From the NCBI GenBank assembly GCA_002245135.1, contig NGBS01000338.1:1-32130 (forward strand): a stretch of 32,130 nucleotides of DNA, read 5' to 3'. The notes beneath the pieces were generated by a model. The model was not told the DNA's origin. It did no database searches and was given only the letters and a program-made list of their open reading frames with translations. This stretch comes from Proteromonas lacertae. Taxonomy: Eukaryota. This document shows, in pieces, positions 19,331-26,354 of this stretch (position 1 is its first letter; every line of letters begins with the position of its first letter). A program made the position numbers and the translations under genes.

Positions 19331-20182
19331 TTATTCTGAATCATCATCAGTATCGGACGAATCAGAGGAAGAAGAAGAGGAGGAGGAACTAATGCTGGTA
19401 TTTTCATTATCACTTTTATAACCATTACTATCGTTTTTAATTTTCATATTAAAGTTTACACGAAATTCATGATTGCACAAATCAATGTAGAGGAATGAAT
19501 GATTACTGTAATTGGTTGCATACTTGTAATATTCTCTAAACTTACTGAAATCTACCCACAAATCTAAACTATTATGAACACTGTGTAGATTAGCTAAACT
19601 TAGATTTCTAAATACTAAGCAATAATCTAATTGTAGACGAACGGATGGTGTTAAATCTGTAACATATTGACTTGATATAATTACTTTTGACTTGTAATGA
19701 CGATTTGATTTGAGTAGTTTTGAAACGGTCTTATTTGATAAATCGAATGATATATCATCGAATATAAAGATATTTTCAGGATAGCTATAATTGTCTTTAT
19801 CAACATCTGTGATATTATTCAATACTGCATCTAATACATTCACTTTATCTTCATTTACTATTGAATCGTAACAATGGTACTCTATTAAATTGTACTTCAG
19901 CATATCAGTGATCTTTTCATAAATAATATCCTTTGAAATTGTTCCTACAAAGAAATATACAGTTTGATCATAATTCTTCTTTAACAAGTGTTGTATCATG
20001 TTAAATATAAGCGTTGTCTTTCCACTGTTCTTCTTAGCTAATATAAATATATTGCAGAAAGGCTCTTCAAAATAATCATAGCCTAAAACAGTATCTCTTG
20101 ATCTCTTTTTATTACCTTTGACTACTGATTCTACTGGCGTTATGACAACGTCATTACATTTCTCTAGTTTTATTTTACTCAT
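19331..20182 (-). CDS. A32/FtsK-HerA-like DNA packaging ATPase
   Basis: Walker A AKKNSGKT, Walker B IFIFDD, and the A32-type NRHYKSKVIISSQY..L.P.VR signature. Confidence 0.93.
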   Translation of the reverse strand: MSKIKLEKCNDVVITPVESVVKGNKKRSRDTVLGYDYFEEPFCNIFILAKKNSGKTTLIFNMIQHLLKKNYDQTVYFFVGTISKDIIYEKITDMLKYNLIEYHCYDSIVNEDKVNVLDAVLNNITDVDKDNYSYPENIFIFDDISFDLSNKTVSKLLKSNRHYKSKVIISSQYVTDLTPSVRLQLDYCLVFRNLSLANLHSVHNSLDLWVDFSKFREYYKYATNYSNHSFLYIDLCNHEFRVNFNMKIKNDSNGYKSDNENTSISSSSSSSSSDSSDTDDDSE

Positions 20183-20245
20183 TTAAATAAAAAATAAAAA
20201 ACAATTATATAAGGAATATAGTCATTATGTTAGTTATTAGTTAGT

Positions 20246-21700
20246 TTAAATAACACTTACAATTCCACTTCCATTAATTGTACACATTCTTCCTGTAACT
20301 ATATAGAAACGATGAGTGATATTAAAGTTAGTGAAATCATTTGTACCAGTAGACAACTCAAAAGTGATCTTTAAGTCACTAGCTAATGGTCTTCCTGATT
20401 GATTCTTGATATTATCCAAGTCTTTTGATCCAAAATTCAAAATTTCAAAGAACTTCTTTTCAAAAGGAATATGTCTTTTGAATATATCAAACCATGAATC
20501 TTTGAAATAATCTTGTACAGTCATGTAACTATCATAATACTGCATTAATGAATAGTCTGGTTGATACACAAAATCGTTAATCATCCATCTGAATTGTGCA
20601 TTTTCAGGAATTACTGCATATCTATTTTCTGCTGTGCCACCACTCATATCATGTGCTGTTTGAGTTCCTTCGATCCATGGTCTATAGATAATGTAACGCA
20701 AGAATGGTCCATTTGAACTGTTCAATGTAAAGGAATAGTTAAATTGTCCAGATCCACCTTGATTTACTGTTAATGTATGACACTTTACATCATTGAACTG
20801 GATTGGTTTAGATAAACAATAACTTCTTGTATTGTTATTACATTGAGTATCCTTATTCAAATAAGCATAGAAATAAAAATTCTTGAATTTAATTGAATCT
20901 GGTCTTATTCCAGCTGCAGGCCAGTTTATTGTTGTAGCTGCGCCTTTATCATTATTAAAACCCATAATTTGTCCAAATTTAGGAGTTTGCTGGAAATTGA
21001 AACATAAATACATTCTTTCACCAAAGAATACATCACTTTTCATTGATAAAAATGTATTGTAAAATTTACCTAAAAACATCTTTACATGAATAGTTTTAGA
21101 CTTCTTATACTGTTGATATTTATCTTTTGTTCCAGTAGCTGTAACAAATGTAGCTTCTTCTTTATCCATTTCCCATTCATTTTCATCAAGAATTAAATGA
21201 TCATGGTATTCATCATTCCATTTTAATTGAATTCCATCATAATAGTTTGATTGATAAAAAATGTCAGATCTTTTTCTCACTAATTCATCCATAAACACTC
21301 TATAGTGTTCATAATTGTCATCAAGCTTAACTAGATCTGTTCCTGTATTATTACATAAACGAAATGCTGCTAATCCAAATCCTTCTTTCATTCCTTTTAT
21401 ATATTTTGGATATAAAGTAGTATCACCTGCTACATCACCACTACCATCAGTTTTTTTAAATGCATTTGCAGCAGCAAGTGGATGAGTTTCAATTTCGATA
21501 TCATATTGAATGTAAGACTTTGCAAGGTTTATAATGTTCTCACCACTTAATTCGAACCTTATTTCATCTGAATAAGTATTATCTTTAAGTTGATAGAATG
21601 ATTTTGTTTCCATTGGTGTCAACTTGACATACTGGTAAAAGGCCATCATTGCTGGAACGTCTACACCGTGTTTTTGCTCTTTTGGGATAGTTAGAGACAT
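20246..21700 (-). CDS. Major capsid protein, probable double jelly-roll (484 aa from MSLTIPK)
   Basis: Size, beta-strand-rich pattern, N-terminal IRFEL....INLAKSYIQYDI motif and position between the penton-like gene and the ATPase. Confidence 0.8.
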   Translation of the reverse strand: MSLTIPKEQKHGVDVPAMMAFYQYVKLTPMETKSFYQLKDNTYSDEIRFELSGENIINLAKSYIQYDIEIETHPLAAANAFKKTDGSGDVAGDTTLYPKYIKGMKEGFGLAAFRLCNNTGTDLVKLDDNYEHYRVFMDELVRKRSDIFYQSNYYDGIQLKWNDEYHDHLILDENEWEMDKEEATFVTATGTKDKYQQYKKSKTIHVKMFLGKFYNTFLSMKSDVFFGERMYLCFNFQQTPKFGQIMGFNNDKGAATTINWPAAGIRPDSIKFKNFYFYAYLNKDTQCNNNTRSYCLSKPIQFNDVKCHTLTVNQGGSGQFNYSFTLNSSNGPFLRYIIYRPWIEGTQTAHDMSGGTAENRYAVIPENAQFRWMINDFVYQPDYSLMQYYDSYMTVQDYFKDSWFDIFKRHIPFEKKFFEILNFGSKDLDNIKNQSGRPLASDLKITFELSTGTNDFTNFNITHRFYIVTGRMCTINGSGIVSVI

Positions 21701-21731
21701 CAGAAACTCAAAATAAAAAATAAAATAAAAA

Positions 21732-22697
21732 TTAGACTTTAAATACGACAATATCTAAATTAAACTCGATATTATCAAGATTGAGTTCATAACCATTTTG
21801 TTGAGTAATCTGAATAGTAATTTGACCATTGGTATAAGTATTATTGAACATTTTGCTAGTATTAAGAATGTCATTGTTCTGGTATGTAATGAATGGTAAC
21901 TCAGGGTTTGCTATTGGTATATTTTCTAACACATTTGAATCTTGAATGATGTTTACAATATCTAAACGAATGGATATCGCACTAACCCATATAAGAGATG
22001 GACGATATGGTAATTGAGTAAATGGGAAATCTACTGAAAATGCAGTTAATGCTCTTTCTGTTCCTTGAGGTCCTGGAACAAATTTATCATAACATAACCA
22101 ATAGTTATTATTTGGAATACCTAATATCTTGTAGGCTAAATCTTTTGTTACTATTTCTATTTTTGAAATCCAGAAAATAGGTTTTGTTAAACTATATAAT
22201 GCATTCATTTTACTTGCAATTTTTAAATGTCTGGTATGTTCATCATCTTTATCATCTAGCTTAAATAAATCACCATTACCTTCTATTACAGGTGTATATA
22301 GCATATCCTTAACTATAAACAAATCATCATCAGGAATTTCGAAATCTATATATTTTATTGAACGTATTCCATCATTGATTAACTTAATAATCTGATTCTC
22401 ATCATAAAAACCTTCAGGAATTTGTACTGATACACATACTGTGGGTTTTTCTGGCGCTGCGCCATCTTCTTTATCATAATCACATGTAAATAAGAACTGA
22501 AACGTATCGTTTGTCTCTGCTTGTATAGTAGGGAAAGAATTGGGTACAACTGCGTGTAATAACGACACATGAGTATAATCTTGATCAAATGATGGTAAGG
22601 CTAAGGTCTTTTTGTATCTATTCCCTACTCCGAATGTACCTGTAGTCATTACCATATCAGAATTTAAATAGTATACACGGTGATTAGAGACTAACAT
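21732..22697 (-). CDS. Minor capsid protein (penton, single jelly-roll)
   Basis: YYLNS...VSLLHAVVPNSFPTI...IPEGFY...LENIPI...ITIQITQQNGYELNL, the pattern of polinton/virophage pentons. Confidence 0.85.
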   Translation of the reverse strand: MLVSNHRVYYLNSDMVMTTGTFGVGNRYKKTLALPSFDQDYTHVSLLHAVVPNSFPTIQAETNDTFQFLFTCDYDKEDGAAPEKPTVCVSVQIPEGFYDENQIIKLINDGIRSIKYIDFEIPDDDLFIVKDMLYTPVIEGNGDLFKLDDKDDEHTRHLKIASKMNALYSLTKPIFWISKIEIVTKDLAYKILGIPNNNYWLCYDKFVPGPQGTERALTAFSVDFPFTQLPYRPSLIWVSAISIRLDIVNIIQDSNVLENIPIANPELPFITYQNNDILNTSKMFNNTYTNGQITIQITQQNGYELNLDNIEFNLDIVVFKV

Positions 22698-22713
22698 TTT
22701 GAAAAAATAATAA

Positions 22714-22745
22714 TGTCAATATTGGTAATATTAGTAATATTGACA
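22714..22745. promoter_or_regulatory. Inverted ATTGACA motifs between divergent genes
   Basis: tgtcaatatt (22714-22723) and aatattgaca (22736-22745). Confidence 0.5.
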
Positions 22746-22758
22746 CTATTTTTATTTT

Positions 22759-23382
22759 ATGGAAGATAATAAAAAACCTAAACATAGAACAGTTCCATTC
22801 AAATTAACAGAATTAGACAAACAAGTAATCATCAGAAGCTTCAGAAAAGACGGTAAAATCAGAGCTCCCACAAAATCGAAATTATATCATTTAATTTCAG
22901 GATCAAAATCAAGACTTACATACTCAGAGATAAGATATATATTGAAATACATCGAAGATGAGTACAAATATTACATAGAATCAAAGTTTAAGACAGGTTG
23001 TTTTAATGGACCAATCATTGAACAAGTAAAAGTACCTCTTAACGCGCCAAAACTAACCGCTTCAAGCTTCGCTCAAGCCTTAAGTAAACACAAAGAACAC
23101 AGAATTGCAGGTCAAAAGAAGACAAGAATGATGTTAGAACAGATTTTAGCATTACATAAGAAGGAAGAAGAGGATTTTTTACCTCCACAAGAGATAATTG
23201 ACATAAAAGATGACGAAATTAAGGTAAAAGAAGAGGTAAATTACGTAAAACCGGTCACAAAATCGAATGTAAACAGTTTAAGTGGTTTAGAAGACTTGTC
23301 TCCTGTTAACTCAGTTCCTAGTTTAAGTCCAAAATCAATAACAGATAAAAGCATTATAAGACCTAATTGTATTATTTTTTAA
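22759..23382 (+). CDS. Hypothetical basic protein (207 aa)
   Basis: ATG-initiated long ORF, divergent from the minor capsid gene. Confidence 0.72.
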   Translation: MEDNKKPKHRTVPFKLTELDKQVIIRSFRKDGKIRAPTKSKLYHLISGSKSRLTYSEIRYILKYIEDEYKYYIESKFKTGCFNGPIIEQVKVPLNAPKLTASSFAQALSKHKEHRIAGQKKTRMMLEQILALHKKEEEDFLPPQEIIDIKDDEIKVKEEVNYVKPVTKSNVNSLSGLEDLSPVNSVPSLSPKSITDKSIIRPNCIIF

Positions 23383-23413
23383 TTTTTTGTTAATTGATTT
23401 AAAATTTTTTCTT

Positions 23414-23650
23414 ATGGGGAACGACATAATGACAATTTTACTCTCTGTATTAGTATTTATACTCTATATGCTCGCTCTGGCACTGTACAAATACTTCAAA
23501 GCACACAATTGTATTCCAAATGAGGTAGATATCGCAGACATTCGTTCAAATATGACCGATATGATGGAGAAAGGCTTGCAGCATGACAAGACATTGGAAG
23601 ATATAAAGACATATATAGACATTGTGAATAAAAGAAAGCACACAGTTTAA
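23414..23650 (+). CDS. Small single-pass membrane protein (78 aa)
   Basis: MGND start, hydrophobic ILLSVLVFILYMLALALY, then a short coiled-coil-like tail. Confidence 0.65.
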   Translation: MGNDIMTILLSVLVFILYMLALALYKYFKAHNCIPNEVDIADIRSNMTDMMEKGLQHDKTLEDIKTYIDIVNKRKHTV

Positions 23651-23690
23651 ATAATTTGTAACGAATTTATTTTTTATTATATAATAAAAT

Positions 23691-23764
23691 AAAACTTATT
23701 ATTGAGATTCGAACTCGTTTTCATCATTTGAATAGCAACGGTTAAACCGCTAGACTAAATAATT
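23691..23764 (-). ncRNA. tRNA-like RNA polymerase III small RNA candidate
   Basis: A box TAGTCTAGCGG (23757-23747), B box/T-arm GAGTTCGAATCTC (23716-23704), closing stem attatt/aataat, then T4 runs. Confidence 0.6.
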
Positions 23765-23859
23765 GCCTAAAATAAAGTATATGTGACGATTCATTTTGTA
23801 CAATGTCGATTGAAGAATAATTCTCAATCGTTGTGTCAAAAATAGAATATGAAGAAATT

Positions 23860-24310
23860 TCTTAGAAAATTCAAAAATTTGAATTTTCAAATATTCAAAT
23901 CTATTTTGACGAGGTTTGACTTGAACGGTTGATTTGTGCATCAAATTTCAATTTAATTTGAAAAATAAGGAATTGGCTTGCAAATTCATTTTGAAAATAA
24001 TTATTTGGCTTGTCCGAAATGAAATTGAAGAACCGTTTCAGAATTATTGTGTTTCGTCATTTTTGAAAATGATGAAACGGCATTTTAGGCAAATTTAAAA
24101 ATTTGAATTTTTGAATTTTTAAATTTCGCGCGCTCTCTGTCTAAAATTTGAATTATTTAAAAAAACTAGCGAGTTTTAATAATTTAGCGCGAGCTAGCTT
24201 AATTCGTTTTCGCGCCAAAAACTATTTTTTAGTTATAATGATTAGTTCAAAATAGAATTTAAATTTTATATAGGAATTCTATACTATTCATTCAAATCTA
24301 TTTTGAAAAT
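23860..24310. promoter_or_regulatory. Non-coding region rich in E2F-like, TTTGAA and AACGG motifs
   Basis: TTTCGCGC at 24124, TTTCGCGCCAAA at 24208, more than 10 TTTGAA/TTCAAA, and TGAAACGG at 24073 and 24033 (reverse strand). Confidence 0.5.
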
Positions 24311-24338
24311 TACAATTAATCTTAAAATTATTGAAAAA

Positions 24339-24623
24339 ATGTCTTCACCCATTAATCCTAAAGAAGCAGTTGAATTAACAACTGAAAACAATGAACATTG
24401 TATAAATACACATTCAATTTATTTTTCAATAGCGCATTTCATCATCGATTTAACCAATGACGATGATGAAGTGCCAAAGAAGCGCAGTTACGCTGTCATG
24501 ACAACCAACGGTCGCACAAAACGTTACGAAACAAGAACGGTTACAAAAATGCGAACAATTGATGAACAAGATTTACCTGAAGAAGAAGGACCCATCAGTA
24601 GATTAATTAATTCAACTCATTAA
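24339..24623 (+). CDS. Small protein with a SIM-like motif and a probable in-frame 33-nt intron (24400-24432)
   Basis: ATG at 24339; GTATAA...ttttcaaTAG; FIIDLTNDDDE followed by PKKR. Confidence 0.55.
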   Translation: MSSPINPKEAVELTTENNEHCINTHSIYFSIAHFIIDLTNDDDEVPKKRSYAVMTTNGRTKRYETRTVTKMRTIDEQDLPEEEGPISRLINSTH

Positions 24624-24811
24624 TTGTTTTTATGATTGAATTATGACTCTAAATGCTTTTTTTGATACTTTAAAAAAAAAAAAACATAAAAAAAACTGTG
24701 CATGAGCACAGGCCCGTACTCGCCATACTTCAAATTTTAAAAAAGCTTGATTCACAAACCGCCAGTTTAAAAATTCAAAAATTCAAAAAATGAAACGGCT
24801 ATTTTTATTTT

Positions 24812-24854
24812 AGCCTCGGGTCCAGCGTCAAGCCTCGTGGTCTAGCGTCAAGCC
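24812..24854. repeat. GC-rich ~20-nt tandem repeat near the putative right terminus
   Basis: agcctcgggtccagcgtca / agcctcgtggtctagcgtca / agcc. Confidence 0.8.
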
Positions 24855-25044
24855 ATTTTGGGTCTGTAGCCCTTAATATATATTATTATCATCTTCTTTA
24901 TGTAAATCACCTGTACCTATATAGTCATTTGTGATATATCTTTTAAACATTATATAATTAATAACTATAAGAATTTATTGAATATCAATTCATTTGATAA
25001 ATTCTTAACGTTTTTAATATATTTTTTTATATGTTATTTAATTA

Positions 25045-25791
25045 ATGGGTAAGTTTAAAGATTGGTTAAAAAGATCTAAAATTCTATCAGGTGCAGCTAG
25101 TTTAATACCTTTTGCTGGACCAGTTATTAGTAACAGTATAGAGAATATGGGATATGGTAAGAGAAGACGTAGAGGTAGGGTTGCAAGACATAGATCTAGA
25201 GCAACTCAGTTTACACCTGATGGTAGATTCTTAGGTAGTGCAGGTTCAGTATCTGGCGGCGGAACTGTTAAGTTTAGGACAAAATCTGGTAAAGTTGTTT
25301 CATTTCGTACTAGAAAACGGAGAGGAGCTGGTTTAGGCAGTTTGTTTAAGAAAGGATGGAATGCAATAAGAAAAATAGCTACAAAAGACAATATTACAAG
25401 AGGTATTGAGAAAGCTAAAGAGATAAATAACACTTTAAAAGATAAGAAATATATTAGTGATATATCAGGTAAAGTAGGTACTGTAGCTAATACTCTTGGT
25501 TTAAGTAAAATTGGTGATATAGCAAATAAGATAAGTTCCACTGCTAGTAATTATGGTTATGGAAAACGTAGAAGAAGACATAGGGGTGGTTTAAAGCTAA
25601 GACAAAATAGTGGACTTAAATTAGCAATGAATGGAGGCGCTAAAAGAATTCGTAGTAGAGCAATTACTAAAGTACCAAAAAATAGACCAATTTTGAATGG
25701 TTTAGCTAAACCTTGTGGATTTAACCATAGAGGTTTATACAATCCTCAGAATGATCTTCAAAATTTTTTAGCTTATAAATTAACAACTTAA
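25045..25791 (+). CDS. Arg-rich core protein precursor (248 aa)
   Basis: GYG-KRRRR occurs twice; GAG-LGSLFKKGWNAIRK; visibly similar to both small core proteins of element 1. Confidence 0.8.
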   Translation: MGKFKDWLKRSKILSGAASLIPFAGPVISNSIENMGYGKRRRRGRVARHRSRATQFTPDGRFLGSAGSVSGGGTVKFRTKSGKVVSFRTRKRRGAGLGSLFKKGWNAIRKIATKDNITRGIEKAKEINNTLKDKKYISDISGKVGTVANTLGLSKIGDIANKISSTASNYGYGKRRRRHRGGLKLRQNSGLKLAMNGGAKRIRSRAITKVPKNRPILNGLAKPCGFNHRGLYNPQNDLQNFLAYKLTT

Positions 25792-25856
25792 AAATTGATT
25801 TTATTATTCATTTGCAAATTTCTTATTGTTTTATATATAATAAAAATAACATAATA

Positions 25857-26300
25857 ATGTATAACACACGATATAGTAGAAGATATACTAGAGAATATTA
25901 TGATGATGATTCATCCTCTTCTGATGATAATGATTATGATTATGATACACCTTTAGCTAAAGACATGAGTAAGACAGATAGACAAATTGCTGAATTGTTA
26001 TATAACTTAAATCATGCTAGTGATAAACCAGCATCTAAGCTTAGTGAAGAGACTAGAAAGAAAAGAGCAGAAAATCTAGCCAAAGCAAGAGAAGCAAGAA
26101 AAAATAAATTAAAAGAAAAAAATGAAAATGAAGATACATCCTCATTAGCTATACCTCATTCACAATCAAAATCAATTAGGTTACCAGGTGATAGTGATCC
26201 ATATGCACAAACAAAACAAAGTAGTGGTAATGGTTTAAAAATACCACCACCTGATGCACCTATGCCTGGTGATAATGCTGTGATGCCAGTTTATTTTTAA
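25857..26300 (+). CDS. Hypothetical charged protein (147 aa from MYNTRYS)
   Basis: Ser/Asp tract, basic helix RKKRAENLAKAREARK, and a Pro-rich end PVYF. Confidence 0.72.
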   Translation: MYNTRYSRRYTREYYDDDSSSSDDNDYDYDTPLAKDMSKTDRQIAELLYNLNHASDKPASKLSEETRKKRAENLAKAREARKNKLKEKNENEDTSSLAIPHSQSKSIRLPGDSDPYAQTKQSSGNGLKIPPPDAPMPGDNAVMPVYF

Positions 26301-26354
26301 TTATAAATTATATTCACTAATTTCTTTATATATTTTTGATTATATTTATTTTTT

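Larger units (their letters stand above)
1..24873. mobile_element. Polinton/Maverick-type (adintovirus-like) endogenous virus, element 1; left end lies outside the window, right end tentative
   Basis: pPolB, rve integrase, adenain-like protease, A32-like ATPase and major/minor capsid-like genes co-occur within ~24 kb. Bases 1-29 match the reverse complement of 24786-24814 at 24/29. Confidence 0.88.

Noticed and set aside
23691..23764. Canonical tRNA-Glu(TTC) or opal suppressor tRNA(TCA)
   Set aside because: There is no paired anticodon stem or D stem and the T stem is only 3 bp; kept only as a tRNA-like Pol III candidate.
532..24623. LxCxE pRb-binding oncoprotein among the small ORFans
   Set aside because: I looked for it because of the E2F-like sites, but found no exact LxCxE in the accessory ORFs.
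24672..24711. Rho-independent terminator (ctgtgc-atga-gcacag beside an A tract)
   Set aside because: Eukaryotic context, only a 6-bp stem and no appropriately oriented gene.
24812..24854. CRISPR array
   Set aside because: Two adjacent repeats with no spacers, no cas genes and a eukaryotic viral context.
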